57,714 bases of DNA from Minisyncoccota bacterium (GCA_035299545.1 DATGWJ010000020.1:1-57714), one strand, 5' to 3'. Positions 27,797 through 36,597 are shown, counted from the first letter of the stretch. Numbers and translations: made by a program. The notes: generated from the sequence alone by a model not told the origin.

Positions 27797-29620
27797 ATGG
27801 ATATAAAATTAATTAGAAACTTTTCAATCATTGCCCATATTGACCACGGCAAGAGTACTTTGGCTGACAGAATGATAGAAGTGACGGGAACGATAGAAAA
27901 GCGCAAAATGAAAGACCAAGTTCTCGACTCTATGGAGCTCGAAAGAGAGCGTGGTATTACTATAAAAATGCAGCCAGTCCGTATGGAGTACAAAATGCAT
28001 AATGAAAATTATGTTCTTAATCTTATCGATACTCCCGGGCATATAGATTTCTCTTACGAGGTCTCAAGAGCCCTAAAGGCCGTAGAAGGCTCTATTTTGC
28101 TCGTAGATGCTACTCAAGGGGTGCAAGCTCAGACATTGACCACCCTACAAATGGCACGCGACCAAGGGCTAGTTATCATACCTGTCTTATCAAAGATTGA
28201 TTCTCCTTTAGCTAGAGTGGATGAGATTAAAATGGAGGTAGCAGTGCTTCTTAATATAGACCCAGATACAATCATACTTGTATCTGGTAAAACAGGGGAA
28301 GGAGTAGTGGGTTTGATTGAAGAAATAATAAAAAGAATTCCTCATCCTAAAGAAGAAGATAAATCATTAATCACTTCTGGTACTGGTCGTGCTTTAGTGT
28401 TCGATTTCAAATATGACAATCATAGAGGAGTGATAGTTTATGTTCGTGTTTTTGATGGTTCATTCACAAAAGGTGAATCATTATTATTTGCTGTTTCTTC
28501 TGAAAAATTTATTTCTCTTGAGGTTGGTACATTTTCACCAGAAGAAGAACCTCGATCTTCTATTAGTAGTGGAGAAATTGGTTATATTGTCACAGGTATA
28601 AAAAAGCCGGGCATTGCGTCAGTCGGAGATACTATCACATATTTAAAGAAACCAATGAATGTATTACCTGGATATAAAAATCCTCGTCCAGTGGTTTGGG
28701 CATCTATATATCCTGAAAGTCAGGATGATTTTCCAAATCTTAAACAGGCCTTAGGGCGCCTTCGTTTATCGGATTCATCTTTCTCTTATGAAGAAGAAGC
28801 TTCTGGAAGTCTTGGCCGTGGTTATAGATGTGGTTTCTTAGGAATGCTTCATTTGGAAATAATAACAGAAAGATTGAATCGTGAATTTAATTTACAGCTA
28901 ATTGTAACAATGCCATCTATTACATATAAAGTTTTACTTAGAAATGGAATAGAGAAAATTATTTATTCACCGCATCTTTTCCCAGAAGACGGGGAGGTTG
29001 TAAAAGTTTTTGAACCATGGGTAAATGTAAAAGTGATAACACCATCAGATTATATAAGTTCACTAATGCCATTTCTTTATGATCACGAGGCTATTATTAA
29101 CGGCACTGACAATTTCGGCGATAATCGTTCATCTATTGATTTAGAAATGCCTCTTCGGGAACTTATGCGAAACTTTTTCGATGACTTAAAGAGTATTACT
29201 TCTGGTTACTCTTCTATATCGTACGAGATAGGTGAATACAAAGAAGCTGATGTAGTAAGATTGGATATTATTGTGGCAGATGAAGTAATGCCAGCATTTA
29301 GTAGGGTAGTGTCACGTCGTAAAGTTCAAGATGAAGCTAAGTTGCAAGTAGAAAAACTTAAAGAAATAATTCCAAGACAGCAATTTGCTTTCAAGATACA
29401 AGGAAAAGCTTTAGGTAGAATTATTTCATCTGAATCTGTATCTGCTTTCCGTAAAGATGTTCTTATGCATGGAAGTAAGGTTGTCGGAGGGGGAGACGTA
29501 AGTCGAAAAAAGAAACTTCTAGAGAAGCAGAAAAAAGGAAAGAAAAGAATGCAGTCAAACGCAAAAATAAACATTTCTCATGATGTTTTCTTAAAGATGA
29601 TGAAAGGTATAAATGACTAA
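27797..29620 (+). CDS. lepA: Elongation factor 4
   Basis: AHIDHGKSTLADR, DTPGHIDFSYEV, GFLGMLH, KKLLEKQKKGKKRM. Confidence 0.98.
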   Translation: MDIKLIRNFSIIAHIDHGKSTLADRMIEVTGTIEKRKMKDQVLDSMELERERGITIKMQPVRMEYKMHNENYVLNLIDTPGHIDFSYEVSRALKAVEGSILLVDATQGVQAQTLTTLQMARDQGLVIIPVLSKIDSPLARVDEIKMEVAVLLNIDPDTIILVSGKTGEGVVGLIEEIIKRIPHPKEEDKSLITSGTGRALVFDFKYDNHRGVIVYVRVFDGSFTKGESLLFAVSSEKFISLEVGTFSPEEEPRSSISSGEIGYIVTGIKKPGIASVGDTITYLKKPMNVLPGYKNPRPVVWASIYPESQDDFPNLKQALGRLRLSDSSFSYEEEASGSLGRGYRCGFLGMLHLEIITERLNREFNLQLIVTMPSITYKVLLRNGIEKIIYSPHLFPEDGEVVKVFEPWVNVKVITPSDYISSLMPFLYDHEAIINGTDNFGDNRSSIDLEMPLRELMRNFFDDLKSITSGYSSISYEIGEYKEADVVRLDIIVADEVMPAFSRVVSRRKVQDEAKLQVEKLKEIIPRQQFAFKIQGKALGRIISSESVSAFRKDVLMHGSKVVGGGDVSRKKKLLEKQKKGKKRMQSNAKINISHDVFLKMMKGIND

Positions 29621-29755
29621 TTACTATCTAAATAGTCCAGGGATGTAGAGTAGTATCATACTTATTACTACAAGTATAGATATTATGGCGAATACTCGCT
29701 CCACCCTCTTTTTATTCTTTGTACTAAAATTCATGCTATAATACTAGCACTATTT

Positions 29756-30127
29756 ATGGCGAAAGAAAAGAACAATTACCAGTTTTGGCATTCACCTATT
29801 GTGTTGTTTTTCTTGTTTGCTTTTTTGTTGTTTTTCGGGTATAAAATTATTGATTTACTTAAAATAAATATAGAAACATCTCATAAAAAAGAGGTAAAAC
29901 AATTGGAAATTGATGACCTTAAAAAGAGAGAATTATCCTTGTCTCGAGATATAGCAAAATTGGAAACAGAGGAGGGTAAGGAGGAAATAATAAGAAGTAA
30001 ATATCCAGTTACTAAGCCAGGGGAAAAAATGGTGTCCATAATTGAAGAAGAAGGTAATGTTCCTTTGGAAGACAGTAAAACAAGTCATGGTTTCTGGAAT
30101 TGGTTAAAGAAGGTATTTAATAAATAA
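29756..30127 (+). CDS. Septum formation initiator family protein (FtsB/DivIC-like)
   Basis: Short N-term, one TM, coiled coil, E.IIR.KY...KPGE. Confidence 0.75.
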   Translation: MAKEKNNYQFWHSPIVLFFLFAFLLFFGYKIIDLLKINIETSHKKEVKQLEIDDLKKRELSLSRDIAKLETEEGKEEIIRSKYPVTKPGEKMVSIIEEEGNVPLEDSKTSHGFWNWLKKVFNK

Positions 30128-30131
30128 AGAT

Positions 30132-30328
30132 GCGGAATTAGTTTAGTGGTAGAACTTCTAAAATAGCATAACATGCTATTTTAGTTCCCAAGTTCTGATA
30201 TAAAGTGCGGGATTGGTTTAGTGGTAGAATGCGACCTTCCCAAGGTTGAGACACGAGTTCGATTCTCGTATCCCGCACTTTGTATCAGAAGCAAGCATCG
30301 GGCAGGAGTTCGATTCTCCTATTCCGCA
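30132..30328 (+). pseudogene. Split outer tRNA-Gly-like scaffold (5' half 30132-30155, 3' half 30295-30328)
   Basis: Acceptor GCGGAAT/ATTCCGC, D arm GTTTAGTGGTAGAAC, T arm AGGAG-TTCGATT-CTCCT; anticodon arm interrupted by ~140 nt. Confidence 0.8.
30207..30277 (+). tRNA. tRNA-Gly(CCC), nested in the outer scaffold
   Basis: Acceptor GCGGGAT/ATCCCGC, anticodon arm CGACC-TTCCCAA-GGTTG, T arm ACGAG/CTCGT. Confidence 0.93.
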
Positions 30329-30432
30329 CAAAGTAAAACTCATTAAACTTGACATCTCTGTCAAGAGTGTTAAATTTGACTGCTGTGGTATAATAATAAG
30401 GTAAAAGATTATTATTTAATTAACTTAATATT

Positions 30433-30672
30433 ATGAACAAAGTAACAATTTACAGTACACCAACATGTCATTTCTGCCACATGGCAAAGGACTTTTTTAC
30501 ATCAAAAGGAGTTGTCTATGAGGACTTTGATGTTTCTGCTAATTTAGAAAAAAGAAAAGAAATGCTTGATAAAAGTGGGCAAATGGGAGTTCCTGTTATA
30601 GTGATTGGAGATAAATTAATTGTTGGTTTTAATAAACCTAAAATAGTTGAGCTTCTTGGAATAAAGGAGTAG
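30433..30672 (+). CDS. Glutaredoxin/NrdH-like protein
   Basis: YSTPTCHFCHMAK, GQMGVPVIVIG, GFN. Confidence 0.92.
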   Translation: MNKVTIYSTPTCHFCHMAKDFFTSKGVVYEDFDVSANLEKRKEMLDKSGQMGVPVIVIGDKLIVGFNKPKIVELLGIKE

Positions 30673-30693
30673 TAATTTTCTAAATAATAAAGT

Positions 30694-30728
30694 ATTATAA
30701 AAGCATCCTAATAGGGTGCTTTTATAAT
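30694..30728 (+). terminator. Intrinsic terminator after the glutaredoxin gene
   Basis: 16-bp stem ATTATAAAAGCATCCT/AGGGTGCTTTTATAAT. Confidence 0.75.
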
Positions 30729-30730
30729 TT

Positions 30731-30802
30731 GCCCTCGTAGTTCAATGGATAGAACAGTCCCGTCCTAAGGGATAGATGTAGGTTCGATTCCCGCCGAGGG
30801 CA
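30731..30802 (+). tRNA. tRNA-Arg(CCT)
   Basis: Acceptor GCCCTCG/CGAGGGC, anticodon loop GTCCTAA; T stem has one A.C mismatch. Confidence 0.9.
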
Positions 30803-30836
30803 CTTCAAATAAACCTTTAAAGGTTTATTTGAAGTG
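30801..30836. repeat. Perfect 36-bp spacerless palindrome
   Basis: CACTTCAAATAAACCTTT|AAAGGTTTATTTGAAGTG. Confidence 0.9.
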
Positions 30837-30966
30837 TGTGAGAGTAAACCAACTGCTTGGCTTGCGTGCGGGAATTGAAGACCTTTTCCATGTGAGCTTG
30901 CGAATGGAAAAGGTGTACTGAACCTGTAAGGTTCGATAAGCGTACTCGCGGTCTGGTCGAGGGCAC
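30837..30966 (+). repeat. Structured tRNA-trailing element ending in a copy of the tRNA-Arg 3' end
   Basis: 11-bp IR 30881-30891/30904-30914; GAACCT/AGGTTC hairpin; CGAGGGCAC direct repeat (30795-30803 = 30958-30966). Confidence 0.65.
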
Positions 30967-31005
30967 CTTTTATTTTTGGTCGTAATATGATAATATGTCT
31001 GTAAT

Positions 31006-31305
31006 ATGGATCCGGATTTAAAGAATCTATTAGAAGAGAACCTAAAGCTTAATCAAGAAAACAATGGGTTATTAAAAAAGATCTATAGTATTGAACGTTG
31101 GAGGCAGATTACAAGAGCTTTGTATTGGGTGGTTATTATAGGAGTATCTTTTGGAGCTTTCTATTATATTAAACCGTTTTTAGGCAATTTATTAAATGTT
31201 TATTCTGGGGGTAGTATGAGTGGAATAGAAAATTTAAATCAAATAACTAAAAATCTTAGTGAAAAGGAGCAAATACAAAACTTGTTAAAAACAATAAACG
31301 AATAA
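31006..31305 (+). CDS. Small single-TM hypothetical protein
   Basis: Coiled-coil N-term, one TM, extended -10 just upstream. Confidence 0.7.
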   Translation: MDPDLKNLLEENLKLNQENNGLLKKIYSIERWRQITRALYWVVIIGVSFGAFYYIKPFLGNLLNVYSGGSMSGIENLNQITKNLSEKEQIQNLLKTINE

Positions 31306-31413
31306 GATTTAAGAATAAAATTAGTTCTAATGATACTAGACATACTCAGATAGCTGTTTTGGTAGACAAGCGACGATTTGAAAATAAAAAATATTTAACC
31401 AAACATGTAAAAT

Positions 31414-31486
31414 GCTCAGGTAGCTCAGTTGGTAGAGCGCTCCCCTGAAGAGGGATAGGTCGCCAGTTCGATCCTGGCCCTGAGCA
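31414..31486 (+). tRNA. tRNA-Phe(GAA)
   Basis: Acceptor GCTCAGG/CCTGAGC, anticodon loop CTGAAGA (G37). Confidence 0.95.
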
Positions 31487-31491
31487 CATTA

Positions 31492-31525
31492 AAATTAAAA
31501 CCCCTCTTGCGAGGGGTTTTAATTT
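31492..31525. terminator. Bidirectional terminator between tRNA-Phe and hsp20
   Basis: AAATTAAAACCCCTC-TTGC-GAGGGGTTTTAATTT. Confidence 0.85.
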
Positions 31526-32024
31526 ATATAGATTTAATTTTAAGTTTTGTCTCTCTATTTTTGTCTAACTTTGGAAGTTTGATTATAAGTAGCCCATGCT
31601 TTTCTACTGCTTCAGCTTCTTCTGGATCTATCTCTTCTGGTAGGGAAATAGTTCTTGAGAATGAACCCCAATAAAGCTCTTGAACAAAGTAGTTATCTCC
31701 ATCAATAGATTTATTCTCTTCGCGTTTACCACGAATAGTAATCATATCTCGAGTAATAGTTAGTGAAAGATTATCTGGTTGTACTCCAGCTACCATTGTT
31801 TGCACAATGATATCTGTGGGTGTTTGATATACATCAACAGTTAATTCTGCGTCTAATTCTTCTTCCCACTTTGCTTCTTTGGAGTCATTGTCTTTTGATA
31901 TATGTCGGTCAGATGAATCTGACTTCTTTTTTAAGTCATTAGAGGAAAATTCTTCTTCATTTTCTTCATTATCTTCAAAACGAATACTACCTGTAAGACG
32001 CTCTAAAAACGATTTCTTTTTCAT
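31524..32024 (-). CDS. Hsp20/alpha-crystallin small heat-shock protein
   Basis: VDVYQT, VAGV, ELYWGSFSRTISLP, GLLIIKLPK. Confidence 0.92.
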   Translation of the reverse strand: MKKKSFLERLTGSIRFEDNEENEEEFSSNDLKKKSDSSDRHISKDNDSKEAKWEEELDAELTVDVYQTPTDIIVQTMVAGVQPDNLSLTITRDMITIRGKREENKSIDGDNYFVQELYWGSFSRTISLPEEIDPEEAEAVEKHGLLIIKLPKLDKNRETKLKIKSI

Positions 32025-32749
32025 AATATTATTTCTTTATTAATCACAGGAACTTTTTTACCTATACGTTTTAATTTTTCAAATATAAGTATATTGATAA
32101 TCGTGACAACCCACAAAAATCCAAAAACAGAAAGAAAGTTTTCGCCACTTCCTTTTATTATAAAAAAATTAAAGACACTATGCAAGATAATTGCGCAAAT
32201 TATCCCAAATAAAAGATAAATTAACCTATATTTTTTTGTATAAAATGACAGTCCTAGTGCACTACCTATCATTGCACTTGATATAGCATGGAGTAATGTT
32301 GAACCAAGAAATCTTAAGTTCCCAGTCATCATACCTACAACGGTTCCATCTACACTAAAAGGATTCATTAAGTATAGGACATTTTCAACAGCTGCAAATC
32401 CTAATGCAGTAGCAATGAAATACATAGGGTAATCTATTGGTTCGTCCACATTTCTATTCCCAGAAATTATCACCATAATACCCAAAAATTTAAGTATTTC
32501 TTCGATTGCTGCCCATATGATAATTTGATTACTTTTATTATTGATAAAATTAAGAGAATATTTTTCAATCCAGATAGCTATAAACACTAAAAGTCCTCCA
32601 AGCAAGAAAGAGAGGATTATAAGACCAATTGGTTCTCTTTCATCATTATCTTCTTCTTTAAGCCAGAACCATAACCAAAAGAGTGCTGGTAGTGCTCCAC
32701 TTGCGATTGCTAATAATAATGTGTTTGTATTTTTTAATAAATCTAGCAT
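32021..32749 (-). CDS. PrsW-family intramembrane metalloprotease
   Basis: AAIEEILK, ALGFAAVENVLY, LLHAISS, ILHSVFN. Confidence 0.9.
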   Translation of the reverse strand: MLDLLKNTNTLLLAIASGALPALFWLWFWLKEEDNDEREPIGLIILSFLLGGLLVFIAIWIEKYSLNFINNKSNQIIIWAAIEEILKFLGIMVIISGNRNVDEPIDYPMYFIATALGFAAVENVLYLMNPFSVDGTVVGMMTGNLRFLGSTLLHAISSAMIGSALGLSFYTKKYRLIYLLFGIICAIILHSVFNFFIIKGSGENFLSVFGFLWVVTIINILIFEKLKRIGKKVPVINKEIIL

Positions 32750-32754
32750 GCTAT

Positions 32755-34935
32755 TTATTCACGCACTGGCCACTTTTCTACCATTAATAACTTTTTATCT
32801 GTAGTAGGGAACATACTCCAAATTTCTTCAGTAACAAATGGCATAAAAGGATGAAGAATTTTTATAATGTCACCAATTGTATTCAAGAGGAATTGTTTTC
32901 TAGATAGTTTCTCCTCATCTCTACCTTCGGTAAATATTTTTTTACTTTCTTCTATTATTATATCTGCAAAACGAGCCCAAGTATAGGCATATATTTTTTC
33001 TCCTACGAGGTAGAATTTAAACTCTTCCATCTCTTTGGTTATTTCTTTTATTAAAGAGTCACGCTCTTTTATTAAAGCGACATCTTTCTCTGTATAATTC
33101 TTAAAATCTGCATCAATTTTTACATCATCGGTATTACTTAAGATGAATCTTGTAATATTCCAAAGTTTATTCGCGTAATTCTTGTATGCTCTTATTTTAT
33201 CTTCAGACATTCTACTATCATTTCCTGGTCCTGTGCCTATTATGAGAGACATTCGTACTGCGTCAGCCCCATATTTCTCTGATAGTTCAAGTGGGTCCAT
33301 TGCATTACCAAGTGACTTACTCATTTTTCTCCCTTGCGCATCGCGAACCAATCCATGCATGTATACATTCTTGAATGGTATCTCGTCGAGGAGGTAAGTA
33401 CTCATAAGTATCATTCTAGCAACCCAAAAGAATAGAATATCGTAACCTGTTTCAAGTACATCCGTAGGGTGATAAGTTTTTAAATCAGGAGCATTTAAAT
33501 CTGGCCAACCAAGAGTCGAGAATGTCCAAAGACCTGAAGAAAACCAAGTGTCTAGAGTGTCCTCGTCTTGCGCCCACCCATCTTCCTTTGGTGCCTCGAT
33601 ATTGCAATAGATTTCGTCGCCTTTATACCATACAGGAATTCTATGTCCGTACCATATCTGGCGGGAGATACACCAATCGCGTAGATTTTCTATCCAATTA
33701 TAATAAACTCTTTCAAATCTATCTGGAATTATTTTTATTTCTCCATTTTTTACAACCCCGAGCATCAATTCTTTAAGAGTTTTATTATCTTGGTCTTTTA
33801 TTGGCTTGTTTACATCTATAAACCACTGATTCATAACTTGTGGTTCTATAGTTGCTTCAGTTCTTTCGGCTGTAGCAATATTGTGAGTATAATCTTCAAT
33901 CTTTTCTACTAATCCTTTTGATTCTAATTTTGCAATTATTTTCTCTCTGGCATCTTTTATTTTCATACCAGCAAATTCTCCAGCGATAGGGAGGAGCTTG
34001 CCATATTTATCTATAATTTGCTCTTTATCTAATTTGTGTCTTTCTGCAATTTCAAAATCGACAACAGAATGCCATGGAGTAATTGTCATTACTCCTGTAC
34101 CGAACTCCATATCAATACTTTCATCTTTTATGATAGTAGCGGTAATAGGGCCATTAATCCACTCAAGCTCAATCTTTTGACCATCTTTATATTCTAGATA
34201 TCTTTTATCTTCTGGATGCATTACTACGTATTTATCTCCAAATTTTGTTTCTGGACGAGCAGTACCGATAATAAATGGACCATATTTTAAATAATAGAAT
34301 TTAGTTTTTTCTTCTTTATATACTATCTCATCATCAGAAATAACTGTCTGACCTTTTGGATCCCAGTTCACAATACGATGACCTCTATAAATAAGTCCAT
34401 CTTCGTACATTTTTTTAAATGCAGTGCGGACAGCAAGATTACGCTTATCATCCAGAGTGAAAGCTTCACGAGACCAATCCACAGAAGTACCCATTTTTTT
34501 CATTTGGCTTACTATTGTGTCGTGGCTACTTTTCGCAAATGTATTTACTCGGTTTAGGAATTCTTCGCGACCTAAATCTGTTTTTCTTTTACCTTCTTCT
34601 TTCTCTAAAATTTTTTCAACTTTTGATTGGGTTGCAATTGCAGCATGGTCTGTACCAGGAAGCCAAAGAGTACGCTTGCCTTGCATACGAGCAAAACGAA
34701 CCATAATATCTTCTATGGTAAGCATAGATGCATGGCCAATATGAAGTGTACCTGTCACATTTGGAGGAGGTAGAACCATTGAGAAAGTAGGAGAGTTTAC
34801 ATCTGTAGCTCCTTTTTCAATACAAACATCTGGGTTAAAAAATCCACTTTCTTCCCATATCTTATAAATACGGTCTTCTGTTTCTTTTGGGTCGTATGGT
34901 TTTAAGAATTTCGGATTAATATTAGGTTCATCCAT
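32755..34935 (-). CDS. valS: Valyl-tRNA synthetase, short form (start moved to ATG 34935)
   Basis: PPPNVTGTLHIGHA, DWCISRQIWYGHRIP, KMSKSLGN; ends after the anticodon-binding domain. Confidence 0.96.
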   Translation of the reverse strand: MDEPNINPKFLKPYDPKETEDRIYKIWEESGFFNPDVCIEKGATDVNSPTFSMVLPPPNVTGTLHIGHASMLTIEDIMVRFARMQGKRTLWLPGTDHAAIATQSKVEKILEKEEGKRKTDLGREEFLNRVNTFAKSSHDTIVSQMKKMGTSVDWSREAFTLDDKRNLAVRTAFKKMYEDGLIYRGHRIVNWDPKGQTVISDDEIVYKEEKTKFYYLKYGPFIIGTARPETKFGDKYVVMHPEDKRYLEYKDGQKIELEWINGPITATIIKDESIDMEFGTGVMTITPWHSVVDFEIAERHKLDKEQIIDKYGKLLPIAGEFAGMKIKDAREKIIAKLESKGLVEKIEDYTHNIATAERTEATIEPQVMNQWFIDVNKPIKDQDNKTLKELMLGVVKNGEIKIIPDRFERVYYNWIENLRDWCISRQIWYGHRIPVWYKGDEIYCNIEAPKEDGWAQDEDTLDTWFSSGLWTFSTLGWPDLNAPDLKTYHPTDVLETGYDILFFWVARMILMSTYLLDEIPFKNVYMHGLVRDAQGRKMSKSLGNAMDPLELSEKYGADAVRMSLIIGTGPGNDSRMSEDKIRAYKNYANKLWNITRFILSNTDDVKIDADFKNYTEKDVALIKERDSLIKEITKEMEEFKFYLVGEKIYAYTWARFADIIIEESKKIFTEGRDEEKLSRKQFLLNTIGDIIKILHPFMPFVTEEIWSMFPTTDKKLLMVEKWPVRE

Positions 34936-35009
34936 ATAGGAAATATAGCATTTTTTACTATTTATGACAAAAAAAAGAAGCATTTTAGCTTCTTTTTATT
35001 ATTGAGGCC

Positions 35010-35249
35010 TTAGTTTATTATTCTATTTTTATGAAATACAAAAACTAAAAATAATAAACAGACAGACAGCCAAATTACAGCAATTATGACTTTAGTGCAT
35101 TTTATTATCACTATTGCCATTACTATCTGTGAAGGGTCAAGGACTTTGACAATAAAATGCCATGACGACGACGGCGCAAGACATAATGCTGCCGTCATTA
35201 TACTAAAGCAATAAAAAGCAATCTTTGAATTAGATTTCGTTGTTTCCAT
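35010..35249 (-). CDS. Small hydrophobic hypothetical protein
   Basis: 79 aa, 2-3 hydrophobic segments; TTGACA-17-TATTCT promoter at 35274-35302 (minus). Confidence 0.5.
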   Translation of the reverse strand: METTKSNSKIAFYCFSIMTAALCLAPSSSWHFIVKVLDPSQIVMAIVIIKCTKVIIAVIWLSVCLLFLVFVFHKNRIIN

Positions 35250-35414
35250 ACAATAGGATTTAAAATTTACCTTAGAATACTACTAAAATATAATATTGTC
35301 AATAGTTTAATACAAAGGATTATTTATAAAGATAAATTCCATTGAGCTTTTATAGATTTAATGTTTTTAAGGACTTTTTATTTTTAATTCCGAAATATCC
35401 ATCAAACTAAACCG

Positions 35415-35443
35415 TTGCCAAACTTACTATTTAGTGTTAGTAT
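35415..35443 (+). promoter_or_regulatory. Promoter of the purM-like gene (TTGCCA-17-TAGTAT, extended TG)
   Basis: Direct reading. Confidence 0.55.
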
Positions 35444-35484
35444 CAGCTTAAATTTTGAAATTTAAAATCTAATAATTAAATAAA

Positions 35485-36597
35485 ATGGAAAAACAAATGA
35501 CGTACGAAAGTACTGGTGTTAATTACGCCGATATGGATCCTTTCAAAATTGCTTGTCAAAAGAGAGCAACACTAACCTCGAAAAATGCAAAAAGACTTGG
35601 TTTTGATTCTTTTGAGTGGACACGAGGTGAAAGTGCTTATCTTTTTGATACAGATGGAGCTTATCAAATTTTTGCTCATGTTGAAGAAGGGTTGGGTACA
35701 AAAAATCTTGTTGCGGATGCAATGATGAAAATAACTGGCAAGTCGCATTATGACCATGTGGCTAAGTGTACAATTGCAATGATTGTAAATGATATGATTA
35801 CTCTTGGTGCCTTTCCTGTGTCACTCGCAATGCATTTGGCTGTTGGGAGTTCTGACTGGTTCAAGAATGAAGAAAGAGTTTCTGACCTAATAAAAGGTTG
35901 GGGGGATGCATGCGACGAAGCCGGATGTATTTGGGCAGGAGGAGAGACCCCCACATTAAAAGGAATTATCTACCCTGAAGCATCTTTGCTTTCTGGTTCA
36001 GCTGTGGGCGTTAGAACTATTTTTGCTCCACCTATGGATCCTGATTCAGAATCAATTAAAAACGGCGATGCTATTATTTTCCTTGAATCATCGGGAATTC
36101 ATGCAAATGGATTAACTCTTGCAAGAAAAATTGCCGATAATCTTCCAAAAGGTTATGAGACAGAACTTTCTGATGGAAGAATGTATGGTGAAGCTCTTCT
36201 TGACCCTACTCACATTTATGTGAGATTTATTGAGGAATGTATTAATAGAGATATTTGGATTCATTACGCAGTCAATGTGACCGGTCATGGATGGAGAAAG
36301 CTCATGCGAGCACCTCAACTGTTCAATTATGTAATTGAAAAACTTCCTACACAATTACCGATTTTTGATTTCATTCAGGAACATGGACCAGTGTCCGATG
36401 AAGAGGCATATGGTAATTTGAATATGGGGGCAGGATTTGCGATGTTTGTTTCTCCTGAAAGCGTTGAAAAGCTTTCTCAAATTGAAACAAATTTGAAATG
36501 GTTTGTTGCTGGTTATGTTGAAAAATCTTCAACCAAAAGAGTTGTTATTTTACCTAAGGGTTTGGAATTTAAAGCTGAAACCTTAGCAGTAAGGTAA
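35485..36597 (+). CDS. purM: Phosphoribosylformylglycinamidine cyclo-ligase (AIR synthase), divergent
   Basis: TYESTGV, EEGLGTK, AMIVNDM, GGETPTL, SSGIHANGLTLARKI, LLDPTHIY, VTGHGWRKL, NMGAGF. Confidence 0.85.
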   Translation: MEKQMTYESTGVNYADMDPFKIACQKRATLTSKNAKRLGFDSFEWTRGESAYLFDTDGAYQIFAHVEEGLGTKNLVADAMMKITGKSHYDHVAKCTIAMIVNDMITLGAFPVSLAMHLAVGSSDWFKNEERVSDLIKGWGDACDEAGCIWAGGETPTLKGIIYPEASLLSGSAVGVRTIFAPPMDPDSESIKNGDAIIFLESSGIHANGLTLARKIADNLPKGYETELSDGRMYGEALLDPTHIYVRFIEECINRDIWIHYAVNVTGHGWRKLMRAPQLFNYVIEKLPTQLPIFDFIQEHGPVSDEEAYGNLNMGAGFAMFVSPESVEKLSQIETNLKWFVAGYVEKSSTKRVVILPKGLEFKAETLAVR

